Positions 37,040-47,473 are shown, counted from the stretch's first letter. The stretch: 64,000 nucleotides of DNA from an uncultured delta proteobacterium (GCA_963741625.1 CAVUIT010000001.1:93711-157710), one strand, 5' to 3'. The notes: generated from the sequence alone by a model not told the origin. Numbers and translations are program-made.

Positions 37040-40000
37040 ATGCAGGACGAAGATGTAATTCGCAAGGAATTGCTGGCGGAATTGGAGGTCCTGCGCCGAA
37101 GGATTGCAGAATTTGAGGTCCAGGAAGCACGGACCAGGCGCTGGGTGGAATTGGTCCAGCGAGTCAATGCCTTGAAAGAAGATCTGCTGACTCATGGGAG
37201 CTTGGACGAAAAGCTCAAGCGCATAACGGATGGGTTGGTGGAAATCTTCGGCGCAGACTTTGCTCGCATCTGGATAACGAAGCCGGGAGATCGCTGTGAT
37301 TCGGATTGCGTTCACGCTAAGGTAACAGAAGGGTCTCATGTCTGCCGCCAGCGGAATCGCTGCCTTCACCTCATGGCAAGTTCAGGCCGCTACACCCACA
37401 TTGACGGTAAGTTGCACCGACGAGTCCCTTTCGATTGTTACAAGATTGGCCGCATAGCCTCGGGCGCTGAACCCAAATTCCTCACGAATGATGTCGCTAA
37501 CGATCTGAGTATTCACGATCAGGGCTGGGCGAGAGAATTGGGTTTGGTTTCAGTTTCGCGGGATACCGCCTTTTGTCAGCGGATGCGAAGCCCATCGGCG
37601 TGATGGCCCTGTTCTCTAAGTGTGCCTTTTCCTCCGATGAAGCGGCGATGCTTGAAGGTCTGGCGAATACCTCTTCTCAGGTGGTCCAGGCAGCGATGGT
37701 GGATGAAGCTCGGAGGGAAAGCGAAAACCGCTACAGTAGGCTTGTCGAGAGCACGGACACTGGATTCGTCGAGTTAGACGCCTCAGGACGAGTCGTTCAA
37801 GCGAACGATCCATACTGCGCGTATGGCTGGAGCCTCAAGAACCGAAGAGCTAATCGGCCGTTCCGTTCCCGATTGGACTGCCCCTGAATGTATCGCAGAA
37901 AACGATGCTGCCGTTCAGCTATGCTTAAAACAAGGGCACATTTCCGATTTCGAGACCACCTATTTGAGGGCTGATGGATCGAGGGCGAGAATTCTTATAA
38001 ACGCTACCACAGAAGACAGTCCAGAGGGTCGGAAGATAGTGACCCTGTGCAGAAATATCACCGAGCGCAAGAAGGCCGAGGAGGCGGCAGATCGAGCCAA
38101 CCAGGAATGGGAACGAACGTTCAATGCCATTTCAGACCTCGTTATGGTTCTGGACGATCAACACAAGATTCTCCGGGCAAACAAGGCTATGGCTGATGCT
38201 CTTGGGATGACGGAGCAGGCGTTGATAGGAAGACTCTGCTTTGAACTTGTGCATGGAGAAAAAGAACCCCCCGTTTTTTGTCCCCACTCTCAGCTTCTTA
38301 CCGACGGTGAAGAACATTCAGCGGAAGTGGTGGAACCTCGTCTCGGAGGGATATATGACGTTCGAGTTTCTCCGCTGGTCGGTCAAAATGGTCAGGTCAT
38401 AGGTTCGGTTCATGTCACTCGCGACATCACCGAGCGCAAACTGGCCGGAGAACGACTTCTGTTGTTGAACTTTGCCCTGGACCATGTGCGGGACGCGGCC
38501 TATCTCATCGACGAGAACTCACGTTTCCTCTATGTCAACGATGAGGCATGCCGGGCGCTGAGCTACAATCGCGAGGAACTCCTCGGAGGCATGAGCGTGC
38601 TTGATATCGGTCCCGGCTGGACTGAGGAGCGCTGGACAGGACACTGGCATGAGCTGAAAGCGAGTGGCTCGCTGACCTTCGAGGCTTTCCACAAAGCAAG
38701 GGATGGACATGTTTTTCCGGTGGAGATCACCGCCAACATATTCCACTATCATGGGGCCGACTACAACGTTGCCCTGGCCCGGGATATTACCGAGCGCAAA
38801 CTGACCGAGAGAGAATTGCAGAGGTCTAACGACCTGCTCCGGGCCATCATTGAGGCCGCACCGACGGCGATCATCGGTCTGGATCTGGACGGAAATGTGC
38901 GAACGGTGTGGAATCCTGCGGCTGAGAAGATGCTTGGCTGGAGCGCGGACGAGGCCATGGGCCGCCCGCTCCCGAGCGTGCCTGTGGAAAGTCAGGAGGA
39001 GTTCAGGGGCTTTCGAGAACGGATACGCAGTGGTAAGACCCTCGATGGCGTGGAAGTCAGACGACAGAAGCGCGACGGGACACCTATCGATTACAGCATC
39101 TATGCCTCGCCCCTGCATGACACCGAGGGCCGCATCACCGGCAACATTTGCGTGCTGGTGGACATCACTGAACGCAAGCAGGCCGAACAGGAAAAGGAGA
39201 AGTTGCAGGCGCAACTTCTTCAGGCCCAGAAGATGGAAGCCATCGGAACTCTTGCAGGCGGTATTGCCCACGATTTTAACAATCTTCTTCAGGTAGTCCT
39301 TGGCTACTCCGATATACTGCTCTTCGACAAGAAGCCTTCAGACCCTGATTACGAGAGACTTCATGCCATACGACAGGCCGGTAGGCATGGCAGTGAATTG
39401 GCAAACAGGATTCTTGCCTTCAGCAGAAGGTTGGAGCCCAACGCCCACCCAGTAAACCTGAACAATGAAATAAGACGCGTCCAAAAGATGCTTGAGCGGA
39501 CGGTTCCCAAGATGATTCGAATTGAAATCCTCTTGGCCGATAACCTCATGACCGTCAATGCAGATCCGGGCCAGATGGAACAGATACTTCTAAACCTTGC
39601 GGTAAATGCTCAACATGCAATGCCCGACGGAGGGCGACTGACCATTGAGACGGCAAACGTAACTTTGGATGAGGACTATTCACGAACCCATCTTGATGCG
39701 GAACCCGGGAAATATGTCCTGCTTACGGTCTCCGACACGGGCCACGGGATGGACAAGGAAGTGGTGGAGCACATCTTCGAGCCGTTCTACATGACCAAGG
39801 GACCCGGCGAGGGAACCGGGCTCGGACTTGCAATGGTGTTCGGTATAGTTAAGAGTCATAAAGGTCACATCAGCTGTTACAGCGAACCCGGCAGTGGAAC
39901 CACGTTCAGGATTTATCTCCCGGCCATTGTCCAAGAGATTGAACAGGATGTTCCTGTTACCCAGCAGATGCCTGCTTTTGGAACTGAAACCATTCTGCTT

Positions 40001-40375
40001 GTGGATGACGAGAAATCCATTCGCAAGCTCGGGGAACAGATGCTCAGAATGGCAGGATACAGAGTATTGACGGCAACCAACGGAAGAGAGGCTCTCGAAG
40101 TTTATCGTTCCAACCAAGCCAAAATAGCCCTTGTGCTTCTGGATCTGATGATGCCGGAGATGGGTGGCAAGCAGTGCCTGGAGGAACTTCTCAAGATCAA
40201 TCCGAGAGTTAAAGTGGTAATTGCCAGCGGGTACTCGCCCAATGGACCGACCAAGGAAGCGCTTACCTCGGGGGCAAAGGGATTTGTCAACAAACCATAC
40301 GATATAAGGCAGGTTCTGGAGGTCGTCCGCGCAGTCCTTGATGAAGAACAAGGGAGGCCGCAGGTGTCTGATTGA
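37040..40375 (+). CDS. GAF-multiPAS hybrid sensor histidine kinase with C-terminal receiver; two frameshifts (~37570, ~37825)
   Basis: ORFs 36974..37603 (GAF), 37573..37887 and 37823..40375 follow on. H-box GGIAHDFNNLLQVV, HATPase GLGLAMV, REC LLVDDE...DLMMPEMGG. Confidence 0.8.
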
Positions 40376-40452
40376 TGGCTTACATCCGAAACCGGCCTTC
40401 TAAAACCGGCCTGGCCCCCCAAAACTGGTCCAGATTCTGAGTTAGGATTGAG

Positions 40453-40681
40453 TGATCGGGGGACACAATACCAATATTGTGCTGAGGGGAAGTGCTTTTT
40501 CTTACCACTCCTTTATCGTTTGTAGCTCGAGCAGGTTGATCCACAGCTATCTCTACATGGCACGCAGCGTGGGGTTCAGTCGATGGGACCTGTTTGCATT
40601 CGGCGGGATCTGAACTTTGAACTCCGGGAAATCCATTGGAAGCCGCCGTCGCAAGAGACCGGTATTATGCACCCAGAAATC
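40453..40681 (+). repeat. R1 repeat copy G (central palindrome replaced)
   Basis: Full length, about 80-85% identical to D. Confidence 0.85.
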
Positions 40682-40688
40682 ACAACCT

Positions 40689-40777
40689 ATTGATAAAAAA
40701 AGTTTACCCGAAGACGGAAGCAGCGTATTATCTGGAAGCAAAACGCGAAAGCGGGTTTATGTGGAAACCATCTAAAC
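40689..40777 (+). repeat. R2 repeat, copy 2
   Basis: See 24790-24879. It again sits between an R1-family right end and a gene for a TM protein. Confidence 0.7.
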
Positions 40778-40814
40778 AGCACTTCGACAAGAAGGCAGAT
40801 ATGACGAGAGATCG

Positions 40815-41044
40815 ATGAAGCATTCTGGTTTCCCGCCAAACGGTATGGATGGGGGTGGGGTCCACCCAAGCGTTGGCAGGGATGGCTTGTTCTGATGTTG
40901 TATTTCCTTTTAATCGCGTTGTGTGCAGCATTCTTCCTGCGGCACGACCGGGTCGTCGCATTTCTCTCCTGCACCGCAATTCTGACGGCTGCACTCTTGT
41001 TGGTGTGTTGGATCAAGGGCGAGAGGCCTCAGTGGCGTTGGTGA
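40815..41044 (+). CDS. Small two-TM membrane protein (KRYGWGWGPPKRWQGW motif), start displaced by a frameshift (~40835)
   Basis: Frame 3 reads AKRYGWGWGPPKRWQGWLVLMLYFLLIALCAAFFL...WIKGERPQWRW*. The only ATG (40815) is in another frame. Confidence 0.45.
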
Positions 41045-41172
41045 GTCAAATAGAATCGTCGAACAAGCCATTGCAGCCGATCGCGCGAGGAACGCGCTCC
41101 GGCTGAACGGCGGCGTTAGGATGCGGAGGCCTTATAGATTGCGAACTGAGCATCATAGAGGAGAACACGACA

Positions 41173-41331
41173 GTGAAATCCAGATGTGCAAGATGTAGGT
41201 TTAGGAACTATGCGGAGCGAAAGCCAAATTCACTAATTGCCCGGATTTGGCGATGGCACACCGGGTGGTGTCCGGGCTGGAAAGCCTACCAAAGAGAATT
41301 GGCTGAGAAAGCAAACGCTAAGACATCCTAA
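41173..41331 (+). CDS. Small Cys-rich protein (CxxC ... WCPGW)
   Basis: 52 codons from GTG: VKSRCARCRFRNYAERKPNSLIARIWRWHTGWCPGWKAYQRELAEKANAKTS*. Below the ORF-track size cutoff. Confidence 0.4.
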   Translation: MKSRCARCRFRNYAERKPNSLIARIWRWHTGWCPGWKAYQRELAEKANAKTS

Positions 41332-41436
41332 CCACTCAATGCAGCGGATGAGGCAGGCCGCTCCGCTGATCTCGGCCGTTCGCATTTCCGCGAAATCTGT
41401 TTAAGCTGAAGTTCTGCAAGAGAAAGGAGATAAGGA

Positions 41437-41937
41437 ATGAGACACACAAGTCTGGTGGTGGCGGCAGTCGCTGTAGTCGCGCTTCTGGCTCATGCTTCGG
41501 CACAGGCACAGGAGTTGAAGAAACTCAATCTCGACGACGCTTCGGTGATTGGACTCACAATCCAGACCGATGAGCAGGTCAAGACTGAAGGCAAAGCATC
41601 CATCAAGATCACGACGGCCTGGCCGACTATAGTATGCTTGAGCGAAGTCGCTGGACTGGATGTCGAGGAAGCCAAGCTCGTGTACAAGGCGAAGGTGAAA
41701 ACTGAACTCGAAGGCGATGCTTTCCTCGAGATGTGGGTTCAGGTCGGTGGCGGCCAGTTCTTCTCCAAAGGAATGAACGACCCTGTCAAGGGCAAGTCAG
41801 ACTGGAAAACGATCCAGACTCCATTCATGTTCCAGAAGGGCCAGAAACCCGATAAGGTCACACTCAACATCGTGATCAATGGCAAGGGGACCGTCTGGGT
41901 TGACGACATTGTTCTGTCCAAGGAGGCGCTGAAATAG
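41437..41937 (+). CDS. Secreted protein of unknown function
   Basis: 166 aa, signal peptide MRHTSLVVAAVAVVALLAHASAQA, SD GGAGA upstream. Confidence 0.65.
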   Translation: MRHTSLVVAAVAVVALLAHASAQAQELKKLNLDDASVIGLTIQTDEQVKTEGKASIKITTAWPTIVCLSEVAGLDVEEAKLVYKAKVKTELEGDAFLEMWVQVGGGQFFSKGMNDPVKGKSDWKTIQTPFMFQKGQKPDKVTLNIVINGKGTVWVDDIVLSKEALK

Positions 41938-42035
41938 GATTGCAGAACCAGAGAGTCCACTATACGCCGGGCCTGCGGCTGGCTCGCCGCCAGTGACTCC
42001 CAACAGGCCCAACCAGACGCTTCGTAAGCCGGGCG

Positions 42036-42114
42036 TAATCCGGGGGCATAATACTGATATTGTGTTGACGCGTCAGGTGCTTCTTCTTACCACTGCTTTA
42101 TCGTTTGTAGCTCG
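42036..42114 (+). repeat. R1 repeat copy H: 5' 79-bp fragment only
   Basis: TAATCCGGGGGCATAATACTGATATTGTGTTGACGCGTCAGGTGCTTCTTCTTACCACTGCTTTATCGTTTGTAGCTCG, then homology stops. Confidence 0.85.
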
Positions 42115-43392
42115 GACGGGTGTCTGCAAGGCCTTTTTCCGGTAACTGAGATTCACGGCGACCCGATACGGAATCCCCCGCCAGCTGCGGAACACCCGCT
42201 TCAGAATGTTGGGAAGGGTGTACGTCTGCCGGAAAATCCAATTATAACCCTCCTGCAGTTCTTCGACAGTCATATTGACAGGCTGAAATACAACCTCACT
42301 TGTGTGATACTTTGACCAATCTCGTTCCAGAATGCGTTGATCCTTCTCCATTCTGTCGTATAAGCGTGTCCCGGGGAACGGTGTGAGGATATGATACTGG
42401 GCAACGGCAATCCGATTTTTCATGACAAAATCAAGGGTGTGCTGAAAAACGGAAGGATCGTCATTATCCAGGCCGAATATAAAGCTCCCGATAACATTGA
42501 TACCCGCACGATGAATTTTGCTGATGGCTTCTTCGTAATCTTCGGCCTTACTCCATGGTTTGTTGATGCCCTTGAGATTATTCTGGGAAAGGCTCTCAAG
42601 ACCGATAAAGGCATATCGCCCGCCGCTTTTTGCATACAGCCGAAGGAGTTCATCGTCCTTGGCAAAAGTAATGGAGGTCTGCCCGCCCCATTTCTTTTTC
42701 AGGGGGATCAAACCGCTGAACAGCTCCTTCGCATAATCGGGCTGCCCGCAAATGTTATCATCGGCAAATAAAAAGTGCCCTGAGTCGAATGTGCGGATTT
42801 CATCCAGCACCTCTGCTACGGGCCGCGTTCGGAACTTACGTCCGAATACACCTGTGACGGCGCAGTAATCACAATTGTAAGGACAGCCCCTTGTGGCCTG
42901 AATTGTGTAATAATTCGTATACATGGCCTTGTTGAGCAGCTCCAGTCGGGGAATTTTCATCTTTGCCATCGTGCACAGCGTGTCTGAGTGATAGGTGGTT
43001 TGCATTGATCCTGATTCAAAATCGATTAATAGCTGTTTCCATATCTCCTCGGCCTCCCCGATCACGACTGCGTCGGCATGTTTGAGGGCCTCCTCCGGCA
43101 TCGCGCTGACATGGACACCCCCCAAAACCACGGGAATACCTCTTTTCCTGAATTCATCAGCTATGGCATAGGTACTGGGAATCTCCGCCGTATAGCCGGT
43201 GATGCCTACCAGATCAACCTTCTGTTCGTAATCTAACGGAGCCACACGAGCATCATGAATGGCGACATTCCAACCCGGCGGCGTGAGCGCTGCCACTGTC
43301 GGCAACCCCAAGGCCACAATGCCCGCTTTCCCGTGCCGGACCTTTCCCCAATAACCACCTTCACTTTTGGGAAACACCAAGAGCAACTTCAT
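42073..43392 (-). CDS. B12-binding-domain radical SAM protein (class B)
   Basis: CPYNCDYC radical SAM motif, N-terminal cobalamin-binding fold. The last 14 codons (ATNDKAVVRRST*) are encoded by R1-H. Confidence 0.85.
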   Translation of the reverse strand: MKLLLVFPKSEGGYWGKVRHGKAGIVALGLPTVAALTPPGWNVAIHDARVAPLDYEQKVDLVGITGYTAEIPSTYAIADEFRKRGIPVVLGGVHVSAMPEEALKHADAVVIGEAEEIWKQLLIDFESGSMQTTYHSDTLCTMAKMKIPRLELLNKAMYTNYYTIQATRGCPYNCDYCAVTGVFGRKFRTRPVAEVLDEIRTFDSGHFLFADDNICGQPDYAKELFSGLIPLKKKWGGQTSITFAKDDELLRLYAKSGGRYAFIGLESLSQNNLKGINKPWSKAEDYEEAISKIHRAGINVIGSFIFGLDNDDPSVFQHTLDFVMKNRIAVAQYHILTPFPGTRLYDRMEKDQRILERDWSKYHTSEVVFQPVNMTVEELQEGYNWIFRQTYTLPNILKRVFRSWRGIPYRVAVNLSYRKKALQTPVRATNDKAVVRRST

Positions 43393-43527
43393 AAAATCAT
43401 TATCTCCTCTAAGGACTAGCTAAAGCCTGGCGGACAACCGCTGGAGGAGTGCAAGAGGTCTTGGCTGCGCTTTCCAGATACCGGTGCCGCGAGACTCATG
43501 AACCATCTTAGCACAGGAAGCGGGCTT

Positions 43528-43627
43528 TTGCTCGTCTAAGAAGATTCACTGCCATTCCCCGATGTACTGCGCCCCAAAAAGCGACCTGAATAGCGCCCTG
43601 CTGATCGTGGAAGGAACCGGCGTACCC
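43528..43627 (-). repeat. R3 leader element, copy 2 (136-235 nt upstream of the radical SAM start)
   Basis: TTGCTCGTCTAAGA..ATTCA..CC.TTCCCCGATG..ACTGCGCCC.AAAAAGCG...CTGATCGTGGAAGGA shared with 32683-32772. Confidence 0.7.
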
Positions 43628-43633
43628 TCGGCG

Positions 43634-43672
43634 CTGAATTCTGAATTCTGGGGATACCCTACTTAATTCTCA
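43634..43672 (-). repeat. Solo R1-family end (subfamily 2), opposite orientation to 23524-23552
   Basis: Reverse complement TGAGAATTAAGTAGGGTATCCCCAGAATTCAGAATTCAG. Confidence 0.55.
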
Positions 43673-43850
43673 GTGCCGTCACCCGCCGTTAGAAGGTGCT
43701 ACCGAAACTCCGAGGATGAACGCGGGATCACCCACTATTTACAGAGAAGCTTTTTGCGGCACATGATCAACTTCGGGGTCTTTATGGCAATCGCTGGGTG
43801 TAGACGTTGGGCCTCGCGGCGCTTTCTTGCCAAGGCCCTTCCCATGACAG

Positions 43851-43875
43851 GCAGGAGCGCATGATGCGCTCCTGC
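43851..43875. other. Perfect 12-bp-arm palindrome downstream of the DUF4331 gene (possible terminator or operator)
   Basis: GCAGGAGCGCAT-g-ATGCGCTCCTGC, with no U-tract. A second imperfect 16-bp-arm hairpin lies at 43930-43965. Confidence 0.3.
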
Positions 43876-44006
43876 GGCACGCTTGAGCGGCCGCTGGGCC
43901 AAATGCGTCTAGTGCGTTGTAACAGGTGATGTGGTAGGTGTTTGCAGTTGCAAATGCCTACCACATAAGGGTTGACGGACCACTAGTCCCCTACTCTGGG
44001 GGCGGG

Positions 44007-45017
44007 TCAGGGGATCGCGTGCGGTGTGCCGAGGTATGGGAAAACCGTGAGGATGTCGGTGTGCGGCTTGAGGCCGGTGGGGGGAATATCTCCCTTGGAG
44101 AGGAAGGCGAGGCGATGATTGATGACGTCGTCAGTAAAAACGCGGCCGTTTGGATACTTCGCGGGCTTCAAAGGATCGAAGCACAGCATGTCGGGCAGAA
44201 TGCGGTGAGCGTCGATCGCGGCGATTGCTTCTTCGCGGGTGTAATTGCCCGTATGCCCCATCAAGTGAACAAACTGATCCGTCCAACGCTTGCGATCGTT
44301 GACCGGCTCGCTGGCGTTGAATTCCAATTTGGTGTCGTCGGTATTGAAGAAGCTGCTGACGCTCGGGTGGCCAGCGCGATCGACATGAAGCAGCTTGCCG
44401 TCCTTGCGCACGCTGCACCGCCCCCAGATCCGGATCTCCGGGTTCGGGCCTAGCTCGCTTGTCGGCAGCTCGATCACTGTCGAGAACACATTGGCTTCCG
44501 TATTTGAATCCACGCCGGTCCACGGAGATTTGCCGCCCAGGTGGGGTGCAGTGAAATTTCTGCCGCCCGAGGTATCGAACAGATTCTTGATTCCGTCGTA
44601 GTCGAAAAAGAAAGCGTCGCTGCGAGTACCGGCGAAGAACGTGTAGGCGCTGGACTTGACGATGTTGGGGTTGGCGCCGAAGGAGACCTCGGCATCGGCG
44701 ATGATCTTCGTCCCAACAGCTTCGACCGAGCGGGATTCCGCGCCTTTTGCCACGAAGACGTTCACGGTCTGCATACCGTTTTGCGGTGGCGCGAACACGT
44801 AACTGATCGCGATGTCCGCCAGGCAGTCTTCGTCGTTGTCAATGTTGAGGCGGTAGATGGCGTCAGGATGGAGCGCGTCGGCACTCGGATTTGCATTGAG
44901 GATGATCGCAGTCCTCGACGGGTCAGTGGGCGACTGGAACGCATAGAGGTCGCAGAGGTCGAGTCTTTGGTCCCCTAGAGGTGGACCGAGACTGAGTCCA
45001 GTAAAATGGTTCGACAT
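44007..45017 (-). CDS. DUF4331-family protein
   Basis: 336 aa intact. DLCDLYAF.SPTDP....IILNANP...IYRLNIDNDEDCLADI matches the DUF4331 N-terminal pattern as I remember it. Confidence 0.65.
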   Translation of the reverse strand: MSNHFTGLSLGPPLGDQRLDLCDLYAFQSPTDPSRTAIILNANPSADALHPDAIYRLNIDNDEDCLADIAISYVFAPPQNGMQTVNVFVAKGAESRSVEAVGTKIIADAEVSFGANPNIVKSSAYTFFAGTRSDAFFFDYDGIKNLFDTSGGRNFTAPHLGGKSPWTGVDSNTEANVFSTVIELPTSELGPNPEIRIWGRCSVRKDGKLLHVDRAGHPSVSSFFNTDDTKLEFNASEPVNDRKRWTDQFVHLMGHTGNYTREEAIAAIDAHRILPDMLCFDPLKPAKYPNGRVFTDDVINHRLAFLSKGDIPPTGLKPHTDILTVFPYLGTPHAIP

Positions 45018-45440
45018 GATGTTCTCCTTTCGCGATGTTAGATTGGCGCCTCAGCCAGGAAGCTGCAGCCCCGTGCTCGCGCGATATAGCAGTTGTTGGT
45101 AACTTTGATGCCGGAAATCCGATTCAGATTCGGTGACTTGACAATCTTTCAAGTGAAATTGTATCTGAACCTTTTATGCCTGTATCCTTCGAGAAATTGT
45201 TGGGCAAGCTAAACCCCCTTTGTGAAGCTTGCCGCCACGAGGATGCTGTATGCCTGCTAATTCATTCCCGCAATTCCACGCTGGGCCCTAACTTTTATGT
45301 ATAATTTGAGCCTAGTCTTGGCTACTCATCTTGCACTTCTTATGCCAAGCCTTTATGCCCTTTATGATAAACCATATTAGCCTGGTTTATTGATGACTTG
45401 GACTGCTTGAGAGACATGCCGCTAAGTTGGGCACTATTCT

Positions 45441-45883
45441 TTGATCACCCCTCTTTGGGCGTTCATTGCCCTTCCAAGGCTCCAATGGGCCATTTTAGCC
45501 CAAGCCTCATCGCCCACGTCGACGGATAAGTCACATTTAGCCCGATTTTCTGTATGCGCTCTCATCACCGTGGCACTGGCTGCCGAGGCAGCCAAACGAG
45601 CCGCCAATTACCGTGAAGGTTATCGACAATGGCACCTCGTGCAGTCATTGGTCGTCCAGAAAGGCCACGAAGACTTAGAAATGTTCAGAGGCATTCATCA
45701 TATCTATGCCAACAAGACGGCGTTTGAGGCGCTGACAAAAGGCAAGCCTTATCCGGATGGAGCGGTCTTCGTCATCGATGTGCTTGATGCAACCGAACAG
45801 GACAATGTTGTTACCGAAGGCCTCGCAGCGGCTTTCATGATTCGTCGTTACTTCTTGGCCGCGAGAGTTGGCGCCAGGGCCTG
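45441..45883 (+). pseudogene. Cytochrome P460-family gene, 3'-truncated (no CxxCH)
   Basis: YRQWHLVQSLVV...GIHHIYANKTAFEALTKGKPYPDGAVFVIDVLDA. The ORF then runs antisense into the kinase 3' end. Confidence 0.5.
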
Positions 45884-46940
45884 TCAGTCTTCATCTAGAA
45901 CCTCGCGCACCGTAGCTAGAAGCTCTCGCATGTCATACGGCTTATTGACGAAGCCCTTGGCTCCGACAGCCAAGGCTTCATTGCTGGAACCGCTGACGGA
46001 ATAGCCGCTCGCGATCAACACCCTTGCCTGTATATCAATCTTGAGGATCTCTTCGAGGCACTGTTTGCCTCCCATTTCCGGCATAATAAGGTCCAAAATC
46101 ACGAGAGAGATGTCTTGCCGGCCAGCCCTATAAACTTGCAAAGCGTCCTTTCCGTTGGCTGCCGTAAGCACTCTGTAACCGGCTCGGGTCAGAATCCTTC
46201 CGCCAATGTCCCTGACCAAAGCTTCGTCATCCACGAGAAGAATGGTCTCGCTCCCTCCTCGCGGAACCGGCTGCACCAATGCTTCTTCGGCTTTGGATTC
46301 AGAAATCAGCGCAGGAAAGTAAATTTTGAACGTGGTACCGACGTCAGGTTCGCTGTAGCATGCTATGTGCCCGCGATGTTCTTTCACAATGCCATAGACC
46401 ATTGCCAAAACAAGACCGGTCCCTTTCCCAGGCCCTTTGGTGGTATAGAACGGCTCAAATATGTGCTCCAGCGTCTTCTTGTCCATGCCTTGTCCACTAT
46501 CCGACACGGTGAGCAACGCATAGTGACCTGGCGCTATTTCTAGATGCGTTTTGCAATAGTCTTCATCCAGAAAAACATTTTCGGTCGCAATAACCAGCTT
46601 GCCTCCTTCCGGCATGGCATCTCTTGCATTGATAGCAAGATTCATGAGGATTTGCCCTATTTGGGTCGGATCCGCGTTGATCGCGGCCAGATTGCTGTCC
46701 AGAACAAGCTCTATCTCGATCATCCTCGGGACCGTCCTGTACAACAATTCTCTGACCTGATCTATTTGATGGTTTAGATTTAGCGGACGGGGCTTGGTTT
46801 CGGTCTTTCTGCTGAATGTTAGAAGCCTGTTCACGAGCTCAGCTCCATTTCGAGCTGCCTGGTTGATTCTGTTGAGGTCATCTTTCAAGCGGGTATCCAA
46901 CCCTTCGCTCAGAGAAAGCAATTCGGAGTATCTATAGCAT
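45884..46940 (-). CDS. C-terminal part (rest of DHp, HATPase, receiver) of a hybrid sensor kinase interrupted by the IS630 remnant
   Basis: YSELLSLSEG...NLAINARDAMPEGG...GTGLVLAMV...LLVDDE...DLIMPEMGG. About 65% identical to the tail of the 37040-40375 kinase. Confidence 0.8.
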
Positions 46941-47014
46941 CTTATCAAGTATGCCTCACAAATAAATCTATTCGGTGCCGGCCTGCTGAAAGACCGCTTC
47001 ATCCCCGTAGAGCA

Positions 47015-47473
47015 CTACACCGCGTTCACGCCGGGCTTTTTTTTGATCTCAGGAAGTTCGTTGCGTAACCAGGTCCTCTGAAGATTCTCATCTGCCCTCG
47101 AAAGACTTCTCCCCGGATATTGGACCGAATAACCCAGTCGATGAAGAATTCGGCCCATGTGGTCAGGGTGATATGAGATGCCGAAAAGATCTTTCACCAG
47201 TTTTACCACAATCGAAGCCGTCCAAACGCCGGTGTCGAGACCGACCTCTTGTGGTCCCGCTTCGATGATCCTCGATAACTCGGTCTTCTGGGCGTCGGTA
47301 AGCCTCGATTTTCCGCCTTGGAAAGGCCCTTTTCCCAATCCCGGAATACCTCCGCTGCGGAATCGGTGAATCCAGTCTTGAACGGTGCGTCGTCCCACCC
47401 CGATCATATTTGCAGCGTCAATCTCTCGATTGCCCTGACTGACAAGCAGCAGTGCTTGAATGCGAAGGCACAT
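47015..47473 (-). mobile_element. IS630-family transposase fragment (HTH/wHTH N-terminal region only, no DDE domain)
   Basis: RIQALLLVSQGNREIDAANMIGVGRRTVQDWIHRFRSGGIPGL...LWT-type VWTASIVVKLVKDLFGISY...IKKKPG then stop. Confidence 0.75.

Noticed and set aside
26174-42114. R1 array as a CRISPR array
   Set aside because: Repeats are ~231 bp, not 24-48 bp. The 'spacers' are 0.76-3.8 kb and contain ordinary genes. No cas genes are present.
26174-42114. R1 copies as canonical integron attC sites
   Set aside because: No RYYYAAC/GTTRRRY core pair could be found. The length is about twice the largest usual attC. Cassette genes face both directions and no intI-type tyrosine recombinase lies in the window. 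The cassette-like architecture is kept only as a hypothesis in the findings.
43528-43627. Cobalamin riboswitch upstream of the B12-dependent radical SAM gene
   Set aside because: I could not find a B12 box or the conserved GGGAA..GGTGAAAATCC..GCCACTG core. The same element also precedes an unrelated glycosyltransferase. A sigma54 -24/-12 reading (TGGCAG..CTTC) lacks the GC of the -12 box.
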